The position numbers and the translations under genes were made by a program. Below the pieces are notes generated by a model, which made no database searches, had not been told where the DNA came from, and saw nothing but the letters and a program-made list of their open reading frames with translations. Of a DNA stretch of 64,000 nucleotides, positions 13,421 through 29,400 are shown piece by piece (position 1 is the first letter of the stretch; every line of letters starts with the position of its first letter). The DNA is from Chrysomallon squamiferum (lineage: Eukaryota > Animalia > Mollusca), in NCBI GenBank assembly GCA_012295275.1, contig CM022665.1:15004001-15068000 (forward strand). Reading direction: 5' to 3'.

Positions 13421-16400
13421 TTATATATAATCTCTAGGTCATTTTTTTCCCCCATTATACATCCTTTTCCAATTTCATTTTTAAGTACCTCATTTTTTAA
13501 TAATTTTTTTGTCATTCTTTCCTTTCATTATCATCTCAGCAATTATCTTCTTCCTGTTCCATCAACTGTCAATTTTTTTTATGACAGTATTCATGTTTCA
13601 TTCTTCTTATGACTTCATCATTATTATTATTTTTTAAATAGGCTATCATAATTAATTTAAAATTACTTTCAGTTTAAAAATAACTATTACCAGTTCTCTG
13701 AATAAATATATTTTTGTTGTTTAAATGTATCCAAAATGTTGGCGGATATTTGTACTTCATCTAAATGTAACAAATTATAGATGATATTAGCCTAAGTGTA
13801 TTCAAATATCAGTGGATTATTTGCCATTTGTGCAAGCAACCAAATAACAATGGATCACTGGCTTTTGCTTATGTTTATCTAAATGACACTGTATTCTTGT
13901 CTGTAGGTTAAGTATCCAAATAACAATGGATTTTTGCCATTTGTTCAAGTGCATCCAAATAGCAGTGGATTCTCGCCTGAGTGTATTCAAACAAATCAAT
14001 GAAATTCTGACACAAAATGTGAAGCTATTGAATAACCTTGCATGTTGATGTGTTTCCATAAAAATTAATAAAAATGAACTTCAGGGTCAAGGGACAAAGA
14101 CTTTGTGTGTGCTTTTAGTTTAAGACTGATTGTTCTTCACTGATTGGCCATTAGTGGAAATTAGACATGGGAATTCTGTGCGTGCATTATCTGCTTCCTA
14201 TTCATTTCTGAACATGTTTATAGTCTATTAAGAAACATGTCCCTAATGGAAACACGCAGGCATACTTTGTATTATAGTTCATTATTTTCTGCCACCAATT
14301 GCTGATAATAAAATTATTCATTTACAACGTAATTAGGTGCTTATATCAACTAATTATTTGTTTACACCATAATTAGGTGTTTACACTAATTATGTGTTTA
14401 CCATAAATATATATATAGTTTTACATAATAATTAAATGTTCATAATGATTTTTAATTATCAATTTACACTGACTGTAATTATTTTTTGCAGTCATTTTTT
14501 TTTTTATTTTTTAAGTATTTGTTTATACAGAGTATAATTATTTGTTACATAGATTATAACTGTTTACACAGAATATAATTATGTTTATACTGGCTATATC
14601 TGCTTTTTATCTTAACACTAAATAAATTATTTGTTAATACAGACCATAATCGTATCTGTCAGCTTCTTTTCAAAACAATTGAAAATGACAGTTTCCATGA
14701 ATTTCTGTGGACCTACTATAACTGTTATTGGCTAACTTTATTGTTAGCATAGATTGGTTGCCAACAAGTTTTATTTAGGTTGTATATTTGTGTCAAGGAA
14801 AAAAAACCCAGGCCAGAGCATTGTCTGTTTTAGAATCAGTGCCTGGTAACATATTTAATTTTAGCTAGTTCTGTCTAAGGCTGTTCTGTCTATGGGAGAG
14901 TGTATATTAAAAATGCATTGCTGCTGATTAATAACACTAGCTCAAATAGTTGTGGCAGTAGATTATCTCAAAATTATATCTATGTATGTATGTATGTAAA
15001 CTATGTTTGCCACATAGAAACCATTAATTGTGAAAATAACTATAGTGACATTAAATAAATGTTCATTCAAGTAAATTAAAAAATAATACTGTCATGTTTC
15101 TATTGATATTGTTGTTCACCTGTCATCATATATTAAATGTTAACAATCTGCATCTAAATTGGCTACTAAGCTGTTTGACTGTTACCAAGTGAGAGTTAAA
15201 GCCATTCATTAGAACCTTGTTGACAAAAAGCTTTACATTTACAAAAGGTCAAGTGTAGGTAGAAAGGACACTGACCAAAGATATTAAGTGGACAGCAGAA
15301 CTGTAATCATGCAGAAAGATATACAAAAAAAATTAATTAAATAAATAAATAAACCAAATTGTCATTAATTTTTAGGTTTTTATTTATTTATTTATTTATT
15401 TATTTATTATTATATTTTTTGGGGATGTTTGGTGTTTTGTCATGCAAGTATACATTTGTATATACTGCTATGCATGTATGTTTATTCATGGACATATGAC
15501 TATGTATTTTAATAGTAATATTTTAAATATTAAAATACCTTTATCCAATTTCTATTATTAATCAGAGAAATGCTTGTTGACAGAAAAAACCCTAGAACAC
15601 CTGGCTCCATTTGTTAACAGGTATTTTCTCAGGAAACGAACTCACCTACTAATATTCATTACCTATCCATGATTACTGTATATTAGTGTTTGTCTTCTTG
15701 TCAGGTGAATGGCAGTATATTGATTAAAATCTCAATTAAAACACCTTGATTAATCTGTGGAGCAGACTTGTTATTTGCTCAAAATGTACATTTATACTAA
15801 TTTATTTTTTCTGTGTGTGTGTGTGTGTGTGTGTGCGTGTGTGTGCGTGTGTGTGTGCATGTATGCATGTGTGTTTGGTTTATTTTGTAAACCTCTGATT
15901 TGACATTATTATGCATATGTGTGTGCATGAATATGCTGGTTAATGTGTGTGTGCATTTTTGTCAGTTCATATTTAAATTCATTGTAAGAAAATAAATATA
16001 TATATAAATGTGTGGTTTTGATCAGATTAAAGCAAACCCTTTAATAATAATTTCACTCTCCTTGTTGATTAGTAAATAATGGATGAAACTGCCTATATAT
16101 ATATATATCAGCAGCTGTGTTAGTTTGGCATGCATTTTTTCATGTGTATGACTATATTGCATGGTGTATATATACAGAGAGAGAGAGAGAAAGTGTTAGT
16201 CTTTGTGTGTATTCATATTCATTTGTATGTGTGAATGTATGTGTGTGTGTGTGAGTTTATGTATGTGCATATATAGAATTTTACAACTAAACTTTCTTGT
16301 GCTGAAACACTGACAATTTTCAACAAAATAAAATTTCACATAATTCAAATAATGCTATATATTAACAAATTATCTTAGATTTAAAAAAACAAAATTAAAG

Positions 16401-17774
16401 AAAAACAACAACCAAAGAACCACCAAAAAACCCCATTTATTTATGCATTAATAAACTAAGATCATAATTTTATGCAGAACAATTCAAATCACAAACCACA
16501 AAAGGGAGTAACTGAAATGCAGAAATTAATTCTAGAACTAACAATGTGGTAAAAAATAAAAAAAAAAATAAACAGTAACTTTCTATTTTCGTTTTTAATT
16601 ATAATTACTATGTTTGATATCTTTTGCTATGCACTAATATTACATCAGCTTTGCTGAGATCAATAAATGTTTGGTTTTGATCAGATTAAAGCAAAACCTT
16701 TAATAATTTCACTCTCCTTGTTTGCTGATTAGTAAATAATGGATGAAACTGCCAATCTATCATAATGTTTTGCTGCACACAGATCACTGATTGTTCAAAT
16801 AATGATGAAATGACGATTAAAGTGATGATATCTGAAATGATTCCAGTCTAGTGATGTATGATCTATATTTGATAAATAAAAACATTTTACACAAGATTAC
16901 AGGTTTTAGCAGATTAAATTTTCTTTGTAAAAAAAAAAAAAAATGTTCTTTTTTTTTTTTTCTTGATTCTCTTTTCTTTCCTTTTTTCTATTTATTTATT
17001 TATTATTGTTATTATTTTCTTCTTGTTTTTTATTTTTGTGTTAAAGAAGAACAAAAAATTCTACTCTGTTCTGTCTTTCTTTATGTTATTTATATTCTTG
17101 TTCTTTTTGGGTGTTTTTTTTCATTTTGTTTTTCTTGTTTACATGTTTAAATTCCTTTATCTTTTATTTTTATTTTACATTAAAAATAATTTTACATGAA
17201 ATCCTCATGTTATTCTTTTTATTTCTGTTTACTGTTTCCAGTTATTTGAATATTTATATGTTTTAAGTTGTCTTGATAATTTTGTTTATTATGCATATAT
17301 TTGGGTACGTGTGTGTGTATATACATATATGTACGTTACCACTGCTTCACTGGCTACTTGCCTCAGTTAGCAGTGAGGGATCTCTTTTATGCACCTTCTT
17401 GCAGAAAAGTACTTTCAGAGTCCTTTGGTTACAAGTCAGTACTGGATTGTTTAAGAAATGGTTCACTGTGTATCCTGATGAGGACTGATTCTGGAACCAG
17501 TCACTTCTTAAGCAAGTCCTTTAACTGTTTAAAGAGATACACAATAATTTTATTTGAATAAAATATTCAAATTATTTTATATTTGTGGTTACATTTCACG
17601 GATATGTTGTTAATGACGAATGTAAAGGTTTTAATGATAGAAAAAAAAAAAAAACTTCTGCAATGAAAATGTCTACTCTTTTTCATTTAGCAATAAGGGA
17701 ATGTTCATACATACCTTCTCTTAGATAAGAAAATACATACCATGGCCTTTTGGAAGTAGTTATTATTATTGTTA

Positions 17775-17806
<32 letters not shown>

Positions 17807-20800
17807 TTTTTTGGTACATGATGCTATTTATATATCATCACAAACTTACTTACAAAAATTTTTATTTAAAAAAAGAACGAAGACAGAACTATATATTTTA
17901 GTATATTTCCTATGTAACTATCAGCAAAATTATATTTTAGAAAACATTTATCACTTTTTTAATCTTTGAAAAATACACATAAATAAATAATTAAATAAAT
18001 AAATACTTATGTAAAGTGTGGTCTTGCATGAGTTCATGAAAATAGTTATAAGTAATGTGTGTATGTTTGAGTGCATATGTGTTTTTATAAGCATGTATTT
18101 GAAAGTATGAGTGGTTTCTAGGTTTCAGTATGTATATGTCTGAGCATCTATGTCATCACCAACATATTTACTGCTGATTAATATTCTTTTGTCAGAATAT
18201 TTTTGTGAACACACAGATAAAAAAGCAAGCAAGCAAACACACATATACTTACATATATATATATATAATTGTGTACATACACACACACACACACATACAC
18301 ACACACACAGACAGACAGACACACAGACACAGATTTATAAGTAACCAGTTTATGCTTCAAAGAACATAATCTTGATTTCAATTATGTAGAAAGTTTTATG
18401 CTGCTGTCTTCTTGCAGACATGAATTACATCTCAGTGGTACAAACAGTATGTATAGAATTACTCAGATTCGATTACTGAAACAATGACTCACGGATCACA
18501 AGACCACATTGTCTGAATTCAGGATACACCACACACCATTTTGTGGTCTTGTGTTCAAATTAAATGTCACTGGCCTATGTTTTATACACTGTCTAGTACA
18601 TGGGTTGCATTAGAAACCAGATCTTTATGGGATTGGCATACCGGATTTAAGCTTATTTTGTTTTTGGATTTTGTTGGAATGGTCTCGATTCAGTAGATAT
18701 TTTATTGTGAATATTGATTTCTCTGATATAAAAAAAGATAAAAAAAAAAAATGAAATTTGATACTGTATTTGATTTGAATAAAGTGTATGCATGCTACAG
18801 GGAAAAAAATAAAAAACAAAATAAAAAACCCCTCATTAATGTTGCTGATGATAAATAATATCAGATCAAATTTGGGTGTTTTAAATATAAAAAAAAAAAA
18901 TTGCAGTCTGATTAATAAATGTCAATAAAATAGCAGAAATAGATTCATGTGGGTTTCTTCTTTTAAAACTGATATTTGACATGAATGCACAAGCAGATAC
19001 TCAGTCATACATATACACAGTGATGCAGACATTCACAGATATGCACATAGATATATGCAGACAAAAATGCACAAGCAGATATACACACATGCAGATAATT
19101 ATAAACACACACACACACATTCACATACAACATCCAGATACATGTACACATAAAAACAAAAACATAAATACATTTAAAGTGAACACACACATTTGTTAAC
19201 TGTTTCTTACATAAACTAATAACATTGTGCCCCAAAAAACACTCTTATTAAAATATATATATATTTTTTTAATTTTTTTTATTTTTTTATTTTTGATGGA
19301 CACAGCCTCCATTACTCCACCATAGATTTATGATTTTATATTTGTTCTGTAAATAATTTTCTTGTGATGTCAGAGGTTCTCACTATGACAACCATATTTA
19401 GAGTCCTGTGATGGATAAATGATAACAATGACCCAACACCCATTGCCCAGGTTAATTTATTGCGAAAAAGAAAAATAATAAAACAAAATTCATTTCCAGC
19501 TAAGATTAGTGTATACTATGTATTTAAGATTTTTTTTTTTTTTTCCATATCAATATAGTTACATTTTAAGTAAAAATTCAGGTACACATTTAGTGTATAC
19601 ATGAAGAGTGTTTTCCAGCAGATAGAGTATTTGATATATCTTCATACAGCATTTCAGTGACAAGGTCAAGTTCTAGCCTGTATGTAGGTATATTTTAATT
19701 TTGTTTTTATTTTATTAAGGCTTTTTTTTTTTTTTTTTTTTTTTTTTGCTTGTAGATTTTATATATATATACTAAAATGGCAGATCCTCTTGGTTTAATA
19801 TGTAGTAACATTAAATAATAATCATTTCTTTTCATTATTTTCGTATTAACTATTATTATAATTATTTTACTTCGTTATTTACTATCATAATAAATTAACT
19901 TTCTATTAAAACTTATTATTATTATTGCTGTTACTACTACTGTCACATTTACTACAACTACTACCACCTAGTACTACTATTTCTGACAATGACGGTTACC
20001 ACTAAGTTGTTCATATTTTATTAAATATTAATTTATTTTCAAAATTTAGAATGCAGTGGATTTTTTATTTTCAACTACACAGAACCTGTCTATATTTTAA
20101 ATAACTGAAAAACTATATTTTTTAAATTATTACTAAGCTACTTTTGTGTTATACAGTTCACATCTGTTGCCACCAGTTTGTAACAGTATCCTTGTTGTAT
20201 TTTAGCCAATCATTATTTTACATCTCTGTGATCCAAGTCAGCAAAATGAGTCTGAAGTTTATTTATTTATTCATTTTGTTTATTTCCTTCACTTTATTAA
20301 TTTATTTTCTTCTTCTTTTTTTGTTATCATTTTATTTGCTTATTAAAAATTTTTATTCAGTCATTTTATTCATTTATTTATTGATTAGTTATTTTATTCA
20401 TTATATCATTCATCTTAATTTTTTATTTCCATCATCATATTCATTATTTTTTTCATTTTATTCAAATTTTATCATCATCTTATTTTTTTCCATCATCATA
20501 TTCATTATTTCCATTACTTATTTGTTATTTTCTCAGTTTATTTAATATTTCCGTTATCATTATTCATTATCATTTTGATCATATTTGTTATTTCCATCAT
20601 ATTCATTTATTACTTCTGTTGACATTTTTGTTTTTTTAATCCTGTTCATTTATTTATTCATTTGTTATTTTTGTCATATCATTTATTATTTTTAATCTTT
20701 TTTTTTTATATATATCACTGGTTAATTTATTCAACATATTTTCACTCATTACAGTCATTCAGTTACTTTTCGTTCATTAATTTTATTTAGCAATTTGTTC

Positions 20801-23148
20801 TTTTTGGCAGCCATTTCAGTATAATTATCATGACATAGACTTGCATCTGTTTTTATTATAGTTTACTACAGCTAACACTATTTAAATGTCATTTTGAAAA
20901 TTTGTGATAATTTTTGTTTTATAAACCTTTCTTTAATTTAATATTTCTTTCTTCTGGTCTGTTAATATTATGAACTGTTGACAGTTCAGTAGTGAATTAA
21001 TTTTTATTATTTATCCATTAAAGTCTGTGCATACAGAATACATCACATATAAACAACTACAACCTACCCACATATATGTATTTATATATTAACAGTGTGT
21101 ATGTGTGTATGTTTAGATACAATGCAAATTATTGCTATGAAATATGACAAATTGTTGAATTAATTTATTTGTATTATTTAAAAATATATACATTGATTTA
21201 ATATAAACATTGATAACACACAGACAAACAAGTGTGGTGAATATTTTCCTGTTCATGGAAAGGAACATGTAGAAGATCCCTTGTTGCTAATGTAAACAAA
21301 TATCAAGTAGAAGCTGGTTTCTGATTTCACATCATTATACATCTAATAACAATTTTTGTTATTTTGTTTAAATTTTAATTAGTGTAATGTCAAGTCATTT
21401 TCTTTGCAGTTGTTTGCAACAGTTAGTTCTGACTGAAATGATGTAACGTCCAATCCATTTTGGGGTTGTTTTTTTTGCCTTCTAAATGTTTTGACAAATA
21501 TTGAGTTCACATACAGTATTAATTTTCTTTGTTACATTAAATGATGTAAAATGTCACTGTATGTACTCTGAAACAATTTTTCATTCTCTTTTTATTTGCT
21601 TTTTAATTAATTTTTAAACTAAATGCTCGAAAAGCTGAAATGTTTCCTCAGTCCAGGCAATTTCGTAGTACTGTTTTACCATTTCTTATTAATTTTAATG
21701 TAAATAAAAATCACAAAAATGACTAATTTGCAAATGATTTTCTTTTTATAGGTAATATTACACGGGCAGATGATAACACTGATGGCGGTGCAGGAATTTC
21801 GAAATCTAATTCAGCTGTGTCCCACAGAGAAGATCTCGACAGAATTACTGCCCCTCAGGAATCAGACAAAAAGAGGCTGTCTCACCTTTTCAACTCTCTG
21901 AAACCAGGACGCAGTGAGGCGTCTGAGTCGGAAGTCAGCGTCCAGCGTATTTCCTGTCGACGTCGAGTTGATTCTGATAGTGACACGAGCTCATCTGATG
22001 GAGGTGAACAGGAAGAGGTAATCAAAGAACCATCTGCTTCTCATCGTGCGATGAAGCAGGATAACATGCAGGTTTCCTCTGAAACTGAGAGTGTGATAAA
22101 CACGCCTGCAAAGTCCCCAAAGAACTCGGTTGTCGACAACCCAATGCCTTCGATCCAAGAAAACAACAATGCCGTAGCTGACGATGACGGTTGTGAGTAT
22201 AGACCATCTTGTAATCTTTCTGAGCACCAATCTTTGTTAAGCAATAGCACCCCACTTTCTCTCAAAAAAGAAATTAGTTCTTCTTTAAAGAAGTCAGAAA
22301 AAGAGGAACGTTTTTTGCACTCAAACAACACTTCCCCACTGCCTGCTGCTGTCTTGGCCCATCCTAAAGCCGAATCAAAAGTGCAAGCTGATAGTAAAAC
22401 AACTACAGTGCAAAGGTCATCTTCTGGAAAATCGGATGCTTCCAGCGTTAGCTTATCGTCAGCGCGAACAGCCTCGCCTGCGACTAAGATGCGTCTATTG
22501 GACATGGCCAGTATGCGGGCACTGGAGCGTGACATTTCTGACCATGATGAATGTGCATCACATTCTAGTCAGGATGGTACTGAGGTGCTGGGGAAACATT
22601 CAGGTGATTTTGTGGTGGAGGGCAATTCTAAAGTTTTGAGTTCTTTGCACCAATCAAAAACATCGGACCCATCTTTTCACAGAAAACGTGAGTAGAAACA
22701 CACACTTTATTTTATCTTTATATATATATTTTTTTGTTATTATTATTATTATTATTATTATTTTATTTTTTTATTTTTTTGCTGTTTTATCTTTGAAATT
22801 TACCTTAATAAAAGCAAATAATAGTTGTTAAATTTATTAAATTCTATTTAGTCACGGTCTGCAGTTTCTGCATTGGATAATAACAAGATATGAGAGTTTT
22901 ACTGACATACATATCATATCATAGAAAATATAAAAAAAACCCAGAGAGTCAGAAGTTGTAAATATAAAACTCTGTGTTTTAATGTGTTATTTGTTCTCTT
23001 TATTATTGACTTCTTGATGATGATAAATTGTTTTTTCAATATGGTGCTTAACAAATGAATTTCTAATCATCTTTTTCTAATGTACCTATTACATTCTGTC
23101 TGCCTCTTTTTCTTTCTCTTCCTTTCTATTCTGTCTCTGTCCCTTAGT

Positions 23149-23229
<81 letters not shown>

Positions 23230-24550
23230 ACTTTTAACTTTTTTTTTATCCTCATTTAATTTGTACATATTGTACCCAGGATCCAGTATATTCATAATCA
23301 CAAGTTACATACTGGATATGTGCAATGTGTTTTTAATAATACAGTTACAATACATTTATTAATATGTCTTGTGTGAGTTATAGAAAACAAATACTCAGAG
23401 ATCTTATTTCAGCATGTCTGAGTTCATCTGTGTTTGTAAATTAAGTACTATCCACAGTATAATAAATCTTACTGAAATAGTTAATATGTAATTTATAGTT
23501 GTAGTGACTTGGATGATTTTATTTATATCTCTTTGTAGATTTCATTATTATTAATCATTTCACATCTATAAATACATACAGCATTTAGAAATTTGGTTAA
23601 TAATTCCACTTTTGCTTTAATCCCAGTGGAATTTTATTAATATGTTATACATTTCCAGCATTTTTCTTGAAAGAATGAATCATACTCTTTCTCATTTGTG
23701 GCATTTCTTACTACTATGACAAAGCATGGCATTCTATGCCATAATATGGTGGAAACATTTTAAAATTCCATTATGCAACAAACAGACCAATTTACTATCG
23801 TGATTCATGTAATATGAAAGTGCTTTATAAAAATCAAACTCTTATTAATGAATGGAAGTGGAAGTTGCAGAACCAGAGAGATTAAACTTCAAAGAAAAAT
23901 AGAGATGAGTTTGGATCCTACAGTAGCAGCATATTGTTGCAGGTGCAAATATTTCAAAAGGACAAAAAAAAGTTGTAATAAAGTAGCATGTCCTCCCACT
24001 AATCCAGAAAATAATGTCCCTTTACTTCAGTTTTCTTAAAAATACATCTATTTGGGAGGGGGGATAAGCAGTTAACTGCTGGACTGGTTGAAGTAACTTG
24101 GGGAGGGCTAACCTCCATAGATTAGGTGGTGCAGTACTTGCCTTGCTGTGGCCATTGACAACCCATACTGTGCTCCTGTCATACAATGATGGATACTGAT
24201 AACATCCATCAGTGCCAGAATAGTCTAGCCTGTGTTAACCACATTTTGTAGTGTCCATATTACTTTTAATTTTGGTTTTTTTAATATCTTCAGTGGCAGT
24301 CACCTCAAAAATCATGTTCTCTGGGTTAGACCGTGCTAGTTCTAAACTCTTGAGATAGGAAGTTATTAAGTCTGTGAAGAAGGAAAAGAATTCTTTAAAA
24401 CATTAATGATTTATAAAAAGTTTAACATATAACTAATAAGGGATGACAACATATTGTGAATCAGGCTTTTATTACTGGATGACTTCCTTTTTGTCTTTGC
24501 TAAAATATATATTATTATTATTATATATATATAAAATTTTACTTACAAAT

Positions 24551-24588
<38 letters not shown>

Positions 24589-25041
24589 GTACATATATAT
24601 GGGGGGGTGTACAAGATCTAGATAAGTATCAATCTAGTTAGTCAGGTTAGACACAGCACTTCAGTGTGAAATTCTTTTAAGTGGAATCAGGCCTTTGTTA
24701 TCTGATGTATCACTTCATCACTGGATTGAACTAGAAGTTAATAAATCAATGAAAACGGTAAACATTATCTAAAATATTGATATTCTGTGTAAGATACACA
24801 ACTGGCTAGACAGAAGCTGTGCATTAATGTATGAATACTGAACATTCGCCGTAATGCTTGTTATTAGTGAAATTACAAGTTTGGACGTTGGTGGATGGTG
24901 TTAATAAATATGTGAAAAGAAAAAGTTATTGTTGTAATATCATAAGGAGTGCAGTGGGTTGCAGGATCAATCTTCATTAGTGGACTCACTACTCTGTTTC
25001 TGTTTCTAGCCAGTTCTTAAAAATTATATATATGTAAATGT

Positions 25042-25087
<46 letters not shown>

Positions 25088-26423
25088 GTGTGTATGTGTG
25101 TGTGTGTTAGTGTGTGTGTGTGTGTAATTTCTTGTAATATCATTATATAAAATACATTACATTGGCACACAAACACAATAGTCTTAAAATTATTATTATT
25201 ACTATATCCACAAGCATTTTAATTTTTTTATTTTGTTTTTAATAAAATTAAACCAAAAAATTATTAAAAAAATAATAAGAAGAAAAAAAATATTGAATAA
25301 ACCATCGTTTCAGACTGCTGTTGTAATTTTAAATCTAGACATTTTTGACATTTACATATTATACCAATTTATTTACTATGCATAATTCAGTGCACTGCAG
25401 ATGTTATATATATAAAATATTCCTGAACACAACATATAAAATAAAATAACTGAAGCTGTCTGCAGATAAAAAGTACAATAAATAATGAAATAAAAACAAA
25501 CAAAAATTATTTAAAATTTTATATTTAAAAATTAATTAAAAAAACAATAAAACAAAATCTTAAAAATTTAATTTTAATAAATATATTTTTTATTCTTTTT
25601 AGAAAGTAAATATATTATAAAATGATTTAATTGAAAATAATTTAAATTTTTTGTTTTTGTTTATTGAATTTGAATTTATATTATGTTATATTATACTATA
25701 CTATACTATGCTATATTGTACTATACTGTGCTATATTACATTACATTATATACATTATTATTGTTATTATTATTTGTTATAAAGTTGCTGTTTACAGTAG
25801 ACTTAGGACAGTTACTACAATAACTCATGCAGATATGAAACTGAAAATAACCCTACTGTCCTTCATGTTTCATCAGACAGTATTTGTCCTAAGAAAGAGG
25901 CCATTTTGATGGCTGAAGATAACAGAATATTTTTATCATTTATTTTTTGTGTGTGTTGAGATAAGACATAAAATATGTATTAATTCAGATTACTATCACA
26001 GAAGTCTGCCCAAGTATTGCCTCAAAAAGTCCAACATAAAAACAAATCATAGACAGAACCTGTTTCATCATTAAATCTTCTTTGGTCCTTCCTGGACTAT
26101 ATCTGTTTTCCATGTCAAGTGCTCTTAGATTTGTCCATCACTTATTTGTTATATTAAAACGTTTCCATGGAAATAACAGCTTTGATGATGATAATGTTTA
26201 AGATTTTTTTTATTTATTAAACCACTTTCTTTTTTCTTCTTTTTTTTCTTTTTTTTAAATTTTTTTTAATATATATTCATTTATATGGAATAAAACATTT
26301 ACTGAATGTTTTTCTTCAATATGTTTATTTTTTTTCTTCTGATTTTTGTTATTTTTATTTTTGGGGACCAATCAGTAATTATTCCTGAATTTTGATTTAT
26401 ATACGCTCACATATATATGTGCG

Positions 26424-26459
<36 letters not shown>

Positions 26460-29400
26460 ATCACACACACACACATTTTTTTATATTTCAAAACTTGTTG
26501 AATAACTGTTTGATACTTTTTATGTTTCTGAACTCTTTGCTAACTGAAAGCTAACCTTACCTTAAAGAAGCATCATAGTTCATTATTATATTTCTTTATT
26601 TCTATTTTTATTTTTTTATTCATTATTATTATCTTTTATTTTTATTTTTTTATTTTTTTTAGCTATGATTATTACTGTTTTGTTAGGATGGCAAACCATT
26701 TCTTTTTCAGCAGATCACAAACAGTAGACTGATAATATTCTGTTAGATAACCGATATTATTTATTATTTAGTTTCCATAGTTTAGAATTAATCATTAAAA
26801 CATGCCATGTAATACATTACCTTAGTTTTAAATGTTAATGTTCACACCTGTGTCATAAATGGGTTAATTGTGCCAAATTCAGCAAAACCAGTAATGACAG
26901 TAACTGTGGTGTTGTTTGGGAAAGCCGGGATCTTTTGAAATTAAAGTTATTGATGGATGCAGTCAAAAAATGATATTTAAGTACTAGAACAATGGATTAT
27001 TAAGAATTAAAATTTATGGTAAATATTCAATGGATGTGAAAGAGAATAAATTATTGTGTATGTGTATGTTGCATATCAGCATCTTTGTGTAGGTTTGTTT
27101 GTGTACGTGTATTGATATATCAGAACAAGAAAAAAGATAAACAGAATGTGAGAGACAGAGAGAAAGAGAGAGAAAAAGAAATATTTTGATTTTGTCATTT
27201 CTAACAGCAAAGCTTTGAATCATTAGATAGTTGTACGAAGGATTAATATACCAATTTATCGGTTTTATTTTACTTAAGTGAATGATACATAATCTACATC
27301 AAAAATAACAAATGTTGCTTTTTCTTCTGATTGATTTATCTTCAGTACTAATTAACTTATATTCCATTCTACTTATCTAAATAATTTCCACATCAGAGTT
27401 TACATAACACTGTTTTGTTTGAACATGAAAATATCAAACAGTCATAGAAATGCAAATGGCTGGATCATGCCTTCAAATATTTACATAGACTTAAAATGTA
27501 CAAGTGTTGGATGACAAGCAGGAAAGGGAAAAGAAAACAGAAAAATCAAACAATAAACTACTCTTCACGATTTGAAAAACCCAATCAATAAATGAGTAAA
27601 TGAATGCATCAGTGTTTGCATTTGTTGCATTCGTATGCAAAAATTCTGTGCTGTGCCACAACAAGTGAAGATTAATGTTTTGTTGTCGGTGTTGAGTGTT
27701 GTTTTATGTTGTTTTATTGTTTCTTGAAGTGGCAATACTTTCCTGCTGTTAAGTAAGGATAAATGAATAGAAATCTATTCTCTCTAGGGAAATAAATTGC
27801 CTTCACAGGTTGAGAAGAAAAAAAAAATGATATTGTTCAATAATTCATTTCATTTTTTCAGCTAGACACTTTCAAACTGAGATGTAAAAAAAAAAAGAAA
27901 AAGAAAAAAAAACCCACTGTTATATAATAGAGAAAAAAGTTGATTAAAAAAAATTAAAATGGTAATTTAATGGATTAAAAAAAATAGTAATTACTTCAGT
28001 CAGCAAGATGATAAAAATCTGATTTGTTGAATGGCTAATATATTTTACTTCATACAAATAAAAAGATTCTTTAAAAAATAAAATAATAATAATAATATAT
28101 ATATAAATAGAGAGATAGATAGATATAAAATTTGTCATTGGAAAAATATTATGCTTTGTTAAATACTTAATATAATACACTTCAGCAAACTCAGTGGTTT
28201 AAAAAATTGTCTTCCATTTAAATAACATACTTCACTGAATAGAAAAAGAAGCAAACACACCTCACTATCATCCATCAATTTAAAAAGTTAAAAAAATAAA
28301 TTAAAAAATAACTGTAGAAATGAGACATTTTAGGATTCTGTTGATACGGAAGTATTATATGGTATGTATAACTGAACTATAATACATGTTTTGTAAGATT
28401 CTGTACAGTAATATATACTGGCTTCAGATAGGATACAATATATATTTTATAAGATTCCATGGCTAGCAGTGCATATGAATTTAAAAAAAAAATTACTCAA
28501 AAACCTGCCAGAGATACTTCAAATGTTATTAGCTCAATCACTGAAATATCTGAGTTGGAATGGAAAAATATTATAATATGACTTGTAGTTATAGTTTGTT
28601 ACTTGTTGATTATCTGGCATGTAATTCTTTTATAATGTGCTGATAATACTTTAAATAAAGATCTTTTACAGTTTGAAGTTTTTGACTAATTTGCATGCAT
28701 GTACTAACACTTACAATGATTTTCATGTGAACTACAACAGATTCTGTTAATAGAAAAAAAATAATAATAAACAAAATTAAACAAAATATAAAAAATAAAA
28801 ACACTAAAAAAAATTAAACCATAAAAAGACTTACTGTGATATTTACAATGTTGTAAATCTCTTAAATAATTTTGAATATTTTTCAGAAATTATTTCACTA
28901 AAAAGATCTAGTATATAAATATTTTAATGTAGCTTTAGTATAGTATAGTTTTAATTAAAATTTTAATCTTAATGATAAATATTACTTTATAAATTAAAAA
29001 TCAAAATCTGAAGCAGCATTTCATTTGAAAGATGTAGTAACATGAAGTAATCAGTTGCATTATTTGTTTTTATGTTTTTAATAAATAAATTTAAATTCTA
29101 CACTTAGCTTTTGATGTGTTTAGTTTATAGCACGTTTTGTTTGATGTTTCTTATTTTTCATTCATTCAAGTTAATTTTTATTGCTTTAAAAATAGTTATT
29201 TCTTGAAGTTTTAAAGTTTAGTATTTTGTTTGATTAAATGTCACTATTTGCAAATTTGCATTAATGTTTTTTTTCTTATATAGTTTATTTTACAATTTAA
29301 TCTTAATTGATTTTGGTTCAGTTATTATTTTCTTTTTGTTTTTCTTTCTCATTTTACTTTTATCAATTGGTTTATTATTTTAATTTTTTTTATTGCATTT

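Noticed and set aside
21817-22695. 292-aa ORF as an independent gene, and its antisense ORFs
   Set aside because: It is Slp exon 4; the antisense ORFs (21991-22535, likewise 29647-31503) are shadows of coding exons.
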